DNA of 64,000 nucleotides from Mytilus edulis (Eukaryota): NCBI RefSeq assembly GCF_963676685.1, contig NC_092357.1, positions 55,924,001 to 55,988,000 of the forward strand, read 5' to 3'. Shown piece by piece: positions 1 to 13,383 of this stretch (position 1 is its first letter; each line of letters starts with the position of its first letter). The notes under the pieces were generated by a model. It saw only the letters and a program-made list of their open reading frames with translations, ran no database searches and was not told where the DNA came from. The position numbers and the translations under genes were made by a program.

Positions 1-580
1 ATCCAAGTAAACAAAAATATAAAGTTCTTTTATATTAAGTGGTTAATTGGTAATTCTGATTCGAAAATGACATATTGGATCGATTCTCAAGTTTTTGACA
101 TAAACATACAGTTTTACAGCATTAAGTAATGACATAATTGATGCATGTAAATCTTAAGTCGATACTTCTCCAAAACTGAAAATTTTTAAAGAAACATGAT
201 CGAATGAGATGACTCCTTGATATAGGTATCATACTTTGTACCATTTAGCGATTATACATGACTTTTGAATATCTTTTCATAATAACTTGCAAAATCAACT
301 CCTGTCTATGGTTTAAGTACTATTCATTTAATATTTTCAATGAATATGTCAAAACATATAGTCAGACTCAAACATTTGATTTCATATTGATAAACTTCCT
401 TAATAAAATCAGTGTAGGATGTATTCTATGGATTTATTATTATATATTTATTTAATTTGAATTATTTGTTCACTTATACAGAGTTCACAAATAAGACAGT
501 TGTATTCAAAATTATTCCATAATATTCAGTTTGTGACTTTTTACACTATTTCAGAACTGTATCATTGATTAGTCACAATA

Positions 581-937
581 ATGGCACATGCTATATCAGA
601 AACAACTGTTTACCACCATACTAGTATAAAAGGAGCAGAAGGAATACTTGCTTCTGGTTACATTAAGGCATCAATTGCCGCAAACGGTGACGCCGTGTTC
701 GGTGACGGAGCTTATGTGTCAAGGAAGGGTCAAGAAACACCAATAGATGAAATTGCGGAAAACATCTTTGATGGCCCGAAGTCATTTTGGGAGAGTCAAA
801 GATATAAAACTGCTGTTGTTTTTGAAATAAAACTCCCGAGAACCGACGTCATAGATGCAAATGTACCCGGGCGAGATGTTAGTCGAATCGCAGGTGATAT
901 CTCTTGTAGCCGTATAGTTAGGACACATTATCGCTAA
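581..937 (+). CDS. Small ADP-ribosyltransferase-fold protein, Tox-ART-HYD1-like (118 aa), single coding exon
   Basis: Motifs VYHHTS..GAEGILASGYIKAS...DAVFGDGAYVS...IAENIFDG...VVFEI match the H-Y-[D/E] HYD1 ART pattern as I recall it (YHYT..G..GI..SG.I..S...FG.GVY). A TTTCAG acceptor lies at 549-554 just before the ATG and AATAAA at 988-993. The ORF is more GC-rich than its flanks. Confidence 0.8.
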   Translation: MAHAISETTVYHHTSIKGAEGILASGYIKASIAANGDAVFGDGAYVSRKGQETPIDEIAENIFDGPKSFWESQRYKTAVVFEIKLPRTDVIDANVPGRDVSRIAGDISCSRIVRTHYR

Positions 938-1115
938 AAGTAGGAAGCGAACATACATACTTATAACATTGCTTCATAATGTTAATGAATAAAACTTTTA
1001 AAATACTACGTTAGACATCCCTCTTGTGTAATGAACGTGTGTAGCTAACTTAATATGTAAACATGGTAACAAGCAATGTTATGTTTAAAAAAATGTACAT
1101 TAGATTGCAACATTT

Positions 1116-1518
1116 AAGGATGTAATTAGGTGATCTTGGTTGAAATTAGATAAACCAAGAATTTGAAATTGATACTATAAGCTCGAAGAGTATTCGTTAA
1201 GGATACAAATAAGCTAAAAATATTCATAGGTCATGTAGCTCCTTTTCAAAATATTTGATTTTTAAAATATGACGGGAAAAGACTGACTCGGACTTTAACC
1301 TTAGCTTTACATTTATAATATTTGGGTCTCAAATCAAAAGAAAGAAAATCAAGAATCTGCTTAAATTTTGTCAAATGACCTTTTATGCGCTATTAAGTCT
1401 TATCTTAAAAGATAAATTGGTGTTACGGGGCAAAATATTTTACCTTGTATCGTATGGAAAACACCAAGGCGTTCGAACATATGATACGAATTCCAAAACC
1501 TCACCTAAGTACATCCTT
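1116..1518. mobile_element. Non-autonomous TIR DNA transposon (MITE; Kolobok-like ends)
   Basis: TIRs AAGGATGTAATTAGGTGA / TCACCTAAGTACATCCTT with TTAA-like flanks. A diverged inverted copy of the same family lies at 63163-63671. Confidence 0.7.
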
Positions 1519-2255
1519 CAAATGTATGATTTCAATTTTGATAGAAAAATAAAATTAATGATGTATTATTTTTCTTTTTCACTTTCATATTTTGTATCCT
1601 TAAATTTATTTTCTAATGTCGGTTTTTAAAATTGCTGTATCTCGAAACATGAACACTATAACAAGGAATTGATTTTACATGTTTTTTCTGTCGTATTTAT
1701 TCATTTATTTATTATTGCTGAACTATATTTAGATGATCGATCGGGACGTTTCTAAATGTGACTTATGATTTTAATATGGATGATGAAAACTATTGTGTTT
1801 GTTTTAGCCATTGAATGTTAAAATACAAGCGAAACTTACAGGTCAACAATAAACAATAAACAATAAACAGGACTATAAACAATATGCTTTACCCTAGTTT
1901 GTCACAATTCATGTTTATCTATGGCGTTAATCGAATGTGGATTAAATAAATAGATATTTTTAAACACGAAAGGTAGATATATATTATTTATTCTCAGAAT
2001 TTGTCAGGAACACTTTGTCTTTGCTATACGTTGATAGAACTTTGTATCGCCAACATATCATTAGATTATAAATATTTCATATTATAATAAATCGATTAGA
2101 GTGGTATGGAAACTAAGTATTTGTTTTTATAAACCGACAGTTTTTATAAGTAAACGACTCGTTTGAACTCGTTAAATCATCTTAATTCTTTTTTTATGTT
2201 GCAATGATTCAAAACCATAATAAGTGATTACAATGCAAACATGGGTAATGCATTT

Positions 2256-2989
2256 AATAGTTATCCCACAAGGACGCGGTGTGTCAGTGTAAGATCAACC
2301 CGTTGGCCGGAGTCCAGTGGGTGATCTAACACTGACACACCAAGTATGAGTGGGATAACTATTTTACATCCCAGCTGTTTTAGATTAGATGAAAAACCAT
2401 TTACAATTAATAAAATCTAGTTTAGAACTCCACACAACCATTATAATATACTTCATATATTCCTATATGATGTAAACCCTTTATGACTCCCGAACACGAT
2501 GAGAAGATATCAAACAATGTCAACTCTCCCCACTCTTGTTTTCCGACTCGCCCCACTTTTGAAAAAGTTTAAAATCAAAATGAACAATCAGTCGGACAAC
2601 TCACTTATTAACGAAAAAGGTTTAAACCCCACTGAATAAAGGTATGTCAACTCGCCCCACTTATAAAACGATCTTGCTTTCTTTAAGTATGTTAAATTAC
2701 TGATAGTTCGTATCCAGTCGTCCTTGTGTAGTGGTATGTGTGGTGGTTTGATATGCTAAAGGTCTTGAGTTCGAATCCAAGCATATACACTTGATTTTTT
2801 CTACGTGAATTTTGATAAATAGTCTTTTCCGTATAATTAATTATAAGTTTTATAGTGGATTTGACATGCCCGCCGAAATCTTACAGAACAAAGGAAAGCT
2901 AGCATAACAAAGGAACTCAAACTGGGGTGATCTGGTAGGGGTTATCCGGCTCAGATCACCCCTGTTAGAACAAGGGAGCTGGGATGTAA
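2256..2989. mobile_element. Non-autonomous element with terminal hairpin and subterminal inverted repeats (Crypton-like architecture)
   Basis: ~108-nt hairpin AATAGTTATCCCAC...GTGGGATAACTATT (2256-2363), followed by TTACATCCCAGCT (2364-2376), whose inverse AGCTGGGATGTAA is at 2977-2989. A second hairpin lies near 2921-2966. Confidence 0.55.
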
Positions 2990-4690
2990 TCACCGTTGGA
3001 ATCATTAATAGTAACATTTTAATTGTCCCAGTTCATGCAGGAAAAATGCATATCAGTTAATTATTTACATGCTCTTAAAACGATATGATAAGATTTAACA
3101 ATCAGGACCCGGTTGTTTATCTCTTGGTTAAATTTGACCCTTTGTTAAATCCTTAGTGAAATAATTCAGATTTAACTATGCTTCGGACCTCTGTTAAGAT
3201 TTAAACCAAGGAATGATTTTGTCTGAAAGTACGATTCTCTATTCAGTACTAGATTGGGAAGGTCACTTAATGTTTAATACAACATATTCCTCTTTTTGTA
3301 AGACCATAAGTTATAAAAAAACTGATCAAAAATGATTAATTGCGTTTTAGAGTACTTCCCCCATTTTGCAACGAGGTTTACGTCTACCAATCATGCATTT
3401 TAAAATCGACCTTTTTTTATCCTGTCATCTCCTATGTCTATAAGCAAACGTATTCAGCAAAATTAATTATTTTTTAGTAAGATAATGAATTTATCAAAAT
3501 ATTCAAATAATTTACGATTAATGCGTCTGTTCAAACAAAAAAGGGTTTTCTATCACGTCGGCGTTTTATTCTTATTAGTGTATTGTTTTTAATAAGAAAA
3601 TCATATTTATTGACCAAACGTGTTATTTAAAACCAGAAAAAGTGTCCATAATTTTTATTTTGATAAACATCAATGAAAATTTAAGGGTCAAAAGTAAGTT
3701 GAACAACGGAATCCTAACCCTTTGTAATGTAACCCTCAGTTAAAAAAAAAGATAATCCTGTGTTATATATAACCCTGGGTATTATTTATCCGAGAGATGA
3801 TCAACTTGGTCCAGAAGTGTATTGGTAACTTTTAAAGTTTCAGATAAGCATATATGGGGGGCATAGCTAGCTATAAAACCGAGTTTAACTCATCATTTTT
3901 TCTCTCGGAAAATGCCAGTACCAAATCAAAAAGGGGACATCATCGTTCCGTTAGTTTTATTATTTGGCTTTACAATTTGTCCATTATAATTTATAAGCAT
4001 TTCATTTGTCTAATATGTAAAATATTATTGGTACTACAATATGTATTTTTTTTTGTTTAGCGTGTTCTTTGCTTTGCTTCTTGTGATTTCATTATCCTAC
4101 ATATGTAATGTTGCTCTTTGTACGTTCAACTGTCTCTAATATTCGATTACAATTTTTTTTTTAAATACAAACTCTGTTACGCTAAAAAAAGGTGCAATAT
4201 ATAATTGAATTTGAAGACTGAATTCAAAATCAAATCGGTAAGAATCAGATTGCAAAAGCACAGATCATTACACTTATATGTGGTAAAGAAATAAAATTTT
4301 GTATAATCATTTTGGTATCAGTATTTGTTTTGATATTGTTGAAAGTTTAATTTCCTGGTGATTCATTCGACCAACCAAGTTACGGTCGACATTAGAGGAT
4401 TTCAGCTAATTTTTTTTATAGAGCTTCGATCTTTTAGCCCCTGAAATACTTATGTGTTCTTCAATTGTTTTTGTCTTTTGTTTAATACGTTACTCATGAA
4501 TGATAATTAAGAAAACCTTATCCTAATCGCATGAACCAAATATTTAGTGTTATATTCCCTTGGCACAGTCAATCGTCATTTATTTGTCAGTCGTTGTATA
4601 TCTAACTCACAAAGGATTATGGATATGTTGCAAATGATGTAGCAAATTCCTCTCCTCCCTTGAAAGGTTCATTTTTTCTTAATAATATTT

Positions 4691-5010
4691 ATGACCATGA
4701 TTCCGCGTCAACATTTCAGCATTTGCTTAATTGATTTTAGCTTATACTTAAATGAGTTAAGCTTATGCTTATATGAATTAGGCTTATGCTTAAATGAATT
4801 AAGCTTATGCTAAAATGAATTTAGCTAATGGTAAAATGAATTTCGCTTTTGCTAAAATTAATTCAGGTGATGCTAAAATAAATTAAGCTTATGCACAAAT
4901 GAATTTAGTTAATGGTAAAATTTATTTAGCTTAGGCTTAAACCAGTTTTAACATACGCTTAAATGGATTTAGCACATGCTTAAAACAATAACTATGACCA
5001 TGACTCCGCG
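4691..5010. repeat. ~21-bp minisatellite (TTAAGCTTATGCTTAAATGAA-like, ~12 degenerate copies) bracketed by 17-bp direct repeats
   Basis: Repeat units span ~4735-4985. ATGACCATGATTCCGCG is at 4691-4707 and ATGACCATGACTCCGCG at 4994-5010. Confidence 0.75.
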
Positions 5011-7749
5011 CCCTACAATACGACTGATTACATTATGATTGTATTTGATTTTCTGTGCTTTAACGCAACTTCTAACAAGCACCACTTTTGGGCTTTTTTT
5101 GTGGAGGCCACTTTGTATTGTTTGTAATGCCAACATCGAATGTAGATGTCAAGGTTTTTTTGGAAAAAGAAACCATCACCACGCGCACCAACATCCACAG
5201 TCAAGTCGAATCTTATAGGGGAAATTATATTTCTTCTTTTGAGATTTGGCCAGTAAACATTCAACGGAAATACATACAAATATGTTTATTACTAGGTGCT
5301 CAATTTTGTGACAGTGTAGATGCTGTAAAATTTTATCAAGCATTTTCATTTTCTATGTTAATGTTAACATTTCTCTATATTGAGCCACTTTTGATAAAAC
5401 TATATGATGTGACTTCATATTTTATAATATTGTTTCTTTTAAAGGGAAGGTAAACCATGAATTCAATTTTATGTTTCCTCGTTATGTTTTTTTTTTAATT
5501 CATTTATCAATCCAATATACAAATAATGCAATTGCAAACGCTTCTTAAAATCAATTTGGGTAGTTTTATTCAACCACACATTTGTATTATTGCGAATAAT
5601 GACACCTTCAGTAGTATAGTTCAGTGATGCTTTGAATGTTAGACCTCGTCATAGTGCATGAATCACATTAACACATTATTTTTTTATTTTGTGTATATTA
5701 AAATAAAATAAGAAATAAAATGTTTTCCTGCACAAAGCGGCGCAACTCTTTCATCTTTTTGTGATGTCGGACTGGCATTCTTTCTTTTTTTTGATTATAA
5801 ATGAATTTTACGATTTGAAACGTTTTACACTAAGATTCATGATTAGATGGTTTTTTTTTATATTGGAGTTCATATTGGACTTAAGAGGGATTTTTTGAAA
5901 TTTGACAGATGTTTCCATTAGTTAGAGTTTGAGCTTTTAATTTTGCAATTTGATAACGGACTTGTCGATTTGAACGTTCCTTGAAGTTTAGTATTTTTTT
6001 TAATTTTCCATTACTCATAAAGGTAAATTAATAATTCTTAATCGTTAACAATATATTGTTTTTAAAATCATACATTTGTTCATTGTAATTTAAATTGTGA
6101 AAATAATAAGCTTTTTACAGAAAAAATTTCAAATATGCGCGGATTTCTCCCGAATGTGTAATCTGTTGATTTTGAGGACACGTACAACACAATTGCATAA
6201 ATAGTAAACATGGTAAAATAACAAAACTACCGAGCTCCGAGGAAAATTCCAAACGGAAAGTACGTAATCAAATGGAAAAAGCATAGTATCAAACACATGA
6301 AACGAATGAGTACCTGACTTAAGTCGGGCATTTTCTTATGTAGAAAATGATGAGCTAAACTGTGTCTGTTGTAATGTTGTGATTTACTATTATAGTGGAT
6401 TAGAACAAATTTGTTGATTTAATGGGTTTTGGTGAAATTCGAAATTAAATGTTCAACAAAGGACACATTTCTATAGGTGGCCCAAGACCACAATTAATGA
6501 CCCCGCTTTTTGTTGTCCACGAATATAGTTCCTTTTAATTAGAGTATATTTTTCCTTAATTTTTTTTCTTTCCCTTCCTCACTCATATCTTAGATTTTTT
6601 TGGGTGCAAATGAAAGAAGAGAGGTGAAATAAATTTTTGGATGTTGTATTTAAACTGCTTTTGATATGGAATGAGTGATAAGGCCAAGTGCAAAAAGGTT
6701 ATATTTACAGTTTTCGGAACATCTCTTGACTTTTCAATAGGGGTATGGATGTGTATTGGCTAAATTTGTAAAAGTGATTGGTTCAATCTTTCTGAATTTT
6801 GGATATATATTTGGACTAGGACTATACATTACACAAAAAATATTTGACAAAAGTGCATGGTGCATTTTTTTAATGATGCAAAACGTTATAAAGAACTGAT
6901 AGAATTAATTGTGGTCTGTGGCCAGGTTTGTATGCAGATTTCTATATAACATTGGAATCGAATATCCAAGGAAATATAACTTCGAAAAATTGGAGTTACG
7001 AAAATAAAAGAATCCATAATATATTTGTTATTTATGTATTTTTCTGTGCTATATGATCTTGCGTTTGTTTGTACTGTATTCCGGCACGTAGTGTTGTCAT
7101 TTTAGCGGTATTTTTTTTTAACATTGACATATTAGTGCAGCGGCTACAAGTAGATTTCAGACGAATTGTTTACATCCTGCTACAAGCATAAAATTTGCCA
7201 AGACCTTCCTCAACTATTACTTTTTTCTTTCAGATCGGGATGTATTTGAAAAAAAAATGTCTCACTTCCGGTAAAATCCAAAATGACGGACATACCTAAA
7301 TCAGCCCAAAATCAATGGCTAGTATGTGAAAAGGTGTTCTCATCATGCTACTATCATAATATTTGGTATAAACCTTTGTTTATACTACTTTTGGATATAA
7401 TATATAGATTAGATGTCTTCAAAAACCCTACTTCCGGTAAAATCCAACATGGCGGATGTTGTACTAAAATAAGCTTACTTTTTAGGGAGGGTAATTGAAA
7501 TTTGTTTTAACGTAATGCTACTATCATTACATTGTACAGGAACCTTTCTTTGGTGCTTCTAATGGATACAATGTATAAGACATATGTCTTTAAAACCCTT
7601 ACTTCCTGTAAAATGGCGTACAATTTTTACTTAAAAATTCTACTTTTTTCAAAATGTAAAGAAATGTTTGTTTTTTTGTGCTGGTCCTTAAACTTTTGGC
7701 TTTAAGTTATCCTCAAAACCATTAATTATATTCTGTTGTAAATGTTTAA

Positions 7750-8800
7750 ATACAAACTTACGTCCGGTAAAAAATATCAAAGATGAGTCCACAATCCATA
7801 TCTTCGATGTAATGTTTTGTAGATGTTTATTCACAGTCACCATCACATGCACATAAATAACGATCACGGCATCCTTTCTTACATTCATAATGTACAATCT
7901 TATGACACAATGATGAGGCCTCAGAAATAGTTTTTTAAAAGTGATCCTCTTTGTCTCTTCGCCATCCATAAGCGCCTGGACTGGGTAGCATAAGAGCCAA
8001 TTCCATGCTTGTCCCCCTTATACCTGCCTTAGTATATTGCACGTTTAACATGCTGGAAAAGACTAGACCAAGTACAGGGAATGGCCTCAATTAGCCATTC
8101 CTTTTGCGCAAATAGTTATTTTCTTGCTTCGTTAACCATGTGTAACCTAATCTGATAAGTTTGTGCGATCTTACAATTAAACCCCGGTGATTTAGGGTGA
8201 TCAATCAGCATTCCTTATGTTGAAGTCATATCTTCAAATGCCACCAATGTCTCCCAAGCAGTCTTTTTTTCTTTTCAAGCGAACATAGAACCGTATCACA
8301 ACCGGTTAAGACATGGGTCACAATAAGTCTGTGTGATCACTCATTGCCTAGTGCATTTGAAAGGTCATTGAAAGATATTTATTCAAAGCTTTTTGCACTG
8401 CCAAACACAATCAATAGTTCGTCTAACCCTATGTCACGGAATAGCGAAAAGTAATGACAGCATCATCAGTAACAATTGTTCGAATCATGGCTCGTTTGAG
8501 TTCGTGTCTCACTGCATCAGACACATGCACCATGATTCTAGTGACACCCTCTTAATGAGAACATGGTGCTAAACTTGAAATCCTAAGATAGAATACCATG
8601 AGCATTTGTTGCTACAACTACAATACGCATCCAAGTCTTCATCCACTCCCTTAACAGTTTTAAGGTATTTGTTAAGGTAAGGACATAATACCATATTAGC
8701 ATACTCGTTATGAAACACCTTGAAACGGTAACAACAGTGGATGAAGTCTCTAATGCGTACATAGACAATACCGGTAGTTTACAGGCTGCTACATGAAACA
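7750..8800 (-). mobile_element. Degenerate Academ-type DNA transposon coding remnant (XPG-like nuclease region), minus-strand copy
   Basis: Broken minus-strand translation gives ..TRIMVHVSDAVRH..IRTIVTDDAVI..LFRDIG..NALG..HVLTGCDTV..KKTAWETL. This matches the EEADTR/TVDTDV/HALTGCDT motifs of Academ proteins. Frameshifts and stops are present. Confidence 0.65.
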
Positions 8801-8859
8801 AGAGCTACATTTAGGGGAAAGTGAAAACACAGGCGAATCCAGGGTCAAAACAAATTCCT

Positions 8860-9560
8860 CAAAATTGGCGAAGTATTTTTTTTAGAGATGACGACAATAA
8901 GAAAGAACTTTTTAGTTTTCATTCACAGCAGATTGCTCAATAGATCTTGAGGAAAATATAGTTGTAGTAACAAATGCTGAGGCTGTTCTGTGTTATCCAG
9001 CACATGATGATGTTTCAAGTTTAGCACCATTTTCAGAAGAGGCTGAGACTAGAATCTAGATGCATGTGTCTGATGCAGTGAAACACAGTCTTAACTGAGT
9101 CATGACTCGAACAGTCGATACTGATGTTGCTGTCATTGCTGTTTCGCTATTTCGTGACATAGGGACAGACGAACTTTGGCTTGCATTTGGAAGTGGGAAA
9201 AACTTTAGATATATATCTATCCATGACCTATCAAATGCACTAGGCATTGGGAGATTACACGTTTGCTGGAAAAGGAACTGCGTTGGTGACATGGATGGCG
9301 TTTTAAGATGTGTCAGCATGTAAAACGTGCATTATACCATGGCGGGTGTGAATGAGTAACACGCTTTATATTGGTTCCAATGCTTACTAGTCCAGACGCT
9401 TATGAATGGTGAAGGGAAAAATATAATCCATGGGAACCCTTTTGACAGGCCACTTCATCTTATTATAAAAATTAGGAGCTTGTACATTGACTGTAAAAAA
9501 CAATATCACGGTCTTTGTAAATGTTGGAAATAAGCTCTTTAATTGTGAATAAACATGTAT
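8860..9560 (+). mobile_element. Degenerate Academ-type transposon coding remnant, plus-strand copy
   Basis: EEAETRI*MHVSDAVKH..MTRTVDTDVAVIAVSLFRDIGTDELWLAFGSGKNFRYISIHDLSNALG (includes ORF 9102-9323). Homologous to the inverted copy at 7750-8800. Confidence 0.7.
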
Positions 9561-11351
9561 TTGCGGCCATAAATTAGTAATTCAAAAGATGTTTGAGTAC
9601 TTAAGGGCATATCGAACAGTTTCAGGGGAGGTAATAACAAACGTTACCGTCGTCTATTGTTCCCCGTAATTTCACGGTGTTTCAACGACGTCATAATGGC
9701 CGTCTGGAAAGGGCGGTTTCTTTCCTCAAAGGAAAGGGCACGGCGGGAATCGGCAAAAAACTCGTACAGAATATTAACAGGACTAGAACTCAAAACTTAA
9801 AAGATATCTTTGTCCTAAAAGAAGTACAATTATCTTAATCATTACTAGACCATACTCACTTAAGTTTCCGTTGTATGAAAATTATCTTCAATACAGTAGA
9901 AAGGAAATGCGCAATGATTTATTATTGCATTAGAATGCAACACAAATTGTAATTAGATCTTTACCAAACTTTTCCGAAAGATTGTCATTCAGGATAAAAA
10001 AAACAAATAAACTCAAAGTTTGGTTTTACTTGAGAAAGATGAAAAAAAATGGTTTCTTGAGAAAAATAAAATACGGCGTAAAACTAACATTTATCATGCA
10101 TCTAGCTTTGCGTTGAAGTGCTTATATATTTACAGTAGCTCTTAAAATAAATACGACCTTTAACCGGAAAACAATGTAAAACAAAAGATGACACAGTGAT
10201 AAAAAAACATTGAACTAGGAAAACATTGTGATATATACATACAAGGGAGGTTTTACCAGCCATTAAACTAGATTGAAACCACCAATTTTTCTTACAATGT
10301 CATGTTCAGGAATAAAGCTCATGTTATCAGACATTCCGTTTCTAAGTATGTTGGCGTTTGCTTTTGTTCAGTCTTTGCTGTTGTGCCGTTGTTTTCTTCG
10401 TACAGTTGTAGTGTTTCCTTTTTGTTTTTTGATTGTTAACTGACCCTCGTTTTGTTCATCGCTATATGACTATTCAACAGCGGTATACTACTGTTTCCTT
10501 TATTTGTAATTAAATTCTTGTTTAAAATAAGAAAGGAAGACATTAAGAGAACAGTAATAATAATCTATTAAATATATTGAATAAAACCATGACCATATCA
10601 ATCATTCCTTCTGTACCGATTGCCTGTAGTAGAATAAATACAAAAATTAGTAGATAAGGTATGATTGCCAATTAGACAACTCGCCAACCGAAACCGTTTT
10701 GCAGGTCATAACAGTATGTCAGCAAACAGCCTTCAACACTGAGCAAAACCAATACCAACTTACAAGCTACAACAACCTTGGGCTTCAAAGTAAATTATAA
10801 ATCTGCATATTCAACAAGTGCCGTGAATCACCTGTGGTTACTAATATATTTCAAAGATCATTTAAAGTACATACAATTGCGTATTTCAACCAACAATCGA
10901 CACTACTGTCGGAACCACCAGTGCTCTCTTCTCTTTGTTGATTTTTTCCTTTATTCATATTAAGCAGATTTCATACAAAAATTTAGGAAAAAAGAGAATA
11001 AAAAAAGCAGTATTAACAGTATTAACTTTCCACTATATAGATTATAAAATCATATTGACCGTTATGGAATAGCCTTTTCACAGACGAAAGCTGTTAATAT
11101 CGTCGTTATTATAATGCTTTCCCCGAATATGACCTACCGAATTAAACTTATAACCGGGTTTGTACTTAAATGAAAAAAGTGAGGGGTACCAAATGTTTGT
11201 GCAGGATCTGAAGGATCTGCTTACTTTACTGGAGCACCAGACATCACCCTGGAGACAGGCAAATATGATGTTGCAGGTTTAAACAAGCATATTTAAATTT
11301 AAGAAATGAATACATATTTGATTTACTTATAGACTGTAATGAATATTTTTC

Positions 11352-12156
11352 TTAATCCCCACTGATTATATGCAGCAACTTCTTCTGGGCAATGTAATTT
11401 TCTTAAGTTCTGTACATCAAAATGTCAAATATCCAGTTAAATTTCGTAAACATGGAGCTTGAATTTGTTGATAAAATCATCTCTATCAACTTTGAAATAT
11501 CTAACATTTATATCACGATTGTGTTCTAATTCAAATACCAATGATCTGACAAAATCTTCAGAATTTCTCTCACTTATGGCAATTATTCCAAAGCGGGTTG
11601 TTTTCTCTTTACATTCGGAAGCTTGACTGACCTAATGGCATATTTGCTCCCTACAACCATTATATTTATGCCTCTTTTCGGCATTTTTTGCGGTTTCCAC
11701 TTGTATTTTCTTTTATTCCCACTCAATGTCTTCAATTTTAGCCTGTATACTATCATCACCTTCCCTTTTACTTTCTGGTTTTTTGTTGTATCTATATATC
11801 ATTTGTTTCTTCTTTTTGATTTTCTGACCAAACACTAATTCACCTATAACTTTTACAACGACATCGCGTTTGTTCCGAAGAGGAAGGCTATCACAAATTA
11901 CTTGTTTTTGCGCTTTTATTGTTATATAGATAGTTGTATTGTCTACTGGGTTGAACTGCAATTCGCTCTTAGGTGCAATTTGGGTATAGCCATTATTTGG
12001 TACACAATGCCATTTAGTTTCCATATTTGCATGTGCACCTCTTCCCTCACCATATGCGTGCACTTCAAATCCAACCCGTTTTTGAACTGCCAAGTCCTGA
12101 TGTCGAGTAGCCTTTACATATAAGATTTCATTTGAATCATTTTGTACCAATACCAT
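11352..12156 (-). pseudogene. Paralog A1 of uncharacterised gene family; pseudogene (ORF truncated at 147 aa)
   Basis: Closely similar to 36307-37187. A TAT>TAA nonsense change lies at 11713, with further in-frame stops downstream and an internal deletion. The C-terminal FGIIAISERNSEDFVRSLVFELEHNRDINVRYFKVDRDDF is still readable. TTTCAG acceptor at ~12185. Confidence 0.8.
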
Positions 12157-12241
12157 AGCTATAACTGTCGGCTAGTTGTATGATCTGAAATACATTGTAT
12201 AAATTACAAGACATAAGAATATATCATAAAAGTTTATATTG

Positions 12242-12631
12242 AGAATGTTCGCTCACCTGGTTTTTGAATTTTCGCCAGATATTCGGAATCCTCTGGTTTT
12301 ATCCATATTGTGCCACTAGAAACCTTTGCCAACTGACCCATACTTTTCTTTCTATAATTATTTCACAGATAGTTTAAAAAGCCGTATTTGAAAATCTTAT
12401 GAAATCCGTGTTAGTTTTGTAGTGTTTTTGAAAGAAAAGTTGTGCCATATGTTAAATGTATGAAAAGTCTAGAGAGAATCATTTCCCGCAAAATTTTCAA
12501 TGGCTAATATCTCCAAAACAAGTACACGGACACTTAATTTTGTCTGCTTTTTTTAGTTCCTTTATTTCTAAATAAAATTATAATGGTCTTTACTAAAGCT
12601 TGTTATTTTGAAACAGAGTAGCGAACATCCT
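12242..12631. mobile_element. Non-autonomous TIR element (MITE), copy 1
   Basis: Ends AG(A/G)ATGTTCGCT / AGCGAACATCCT. Duplicated with the segment at 37272-37659. Confidence 0.65.
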
Positions 12632-13339
12632 GAAGGACTGTGCAGCAAATTATTTATTTGTTGAAAGGTGAAAGGTAATATAGTGTATTCGTATTTAATC
12701 TTTTGAAACCACACACTTTTCCCATCAATACACATAACCGGAGAAATAGTCTGACAAACGTTATACTAGTTTCCAATGATACGATTTGCATGCTTTGTGT
12801 AAAAATAAAAAGATGAGATATATTTGTCACTGAGGTAACTCTTCAACAGTTAGAAAATACCGGATAATTTATCGTACTTTACCCCACCTATACAACAAAA
12901 GTAAAATTACAAAAGTACTGACCTCCGAGGAAAATTCAAAAAGTTCCTAATCAAATGGAAAAATCAAAGAATAAAATAATCAAACGAATGGACAACAACT
13001 GTCATATTCCGACTTGGTACAGGTATTTTCAAATGTAGAAAATGGTTAATTGAACTTGGTTTTATAGCGCTAATCCTCTCACTTTTATGACAGTGGCATC
13101 AAATTCCGTTTTTTTCTACACCGATGATTCAAGCGCTCAGTAGTCTTGAATCTCAAGTTTGAGAAAAATATTATTAGAAATTCAATAGATACATACTTGA
13201 GAAAAGTTGAAATATTAAGGCTTTCCTACTTCAGGAATAAATTACCTTCGCTGTATTTCGATTAACTTTTAGGAATTTGGGTCTTAAATGCTCTTCAACT
13301 TTATATTACATTTGGCCTTTATAGCATTTTGGGATTCTA

Positions 13340-13383
13340 GCGTCACTGATGAGTCTTATGTAGACTAAACGCGCGTCTGGCGT
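13340..13383 (+). ncRNA. Type I hammerhead ribozyme (retrozyme family 1), core mutated
   Basis: GCGTCA-CTGATGA-GTCT-TATGT-AGAC-TAAA-CGCGCG-TC-TGGCGT. All stems are intact but the core GAAA has become TAAA (13366). Retrozyme body sequence precedes it from ~13209. Confidence 0.8.
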
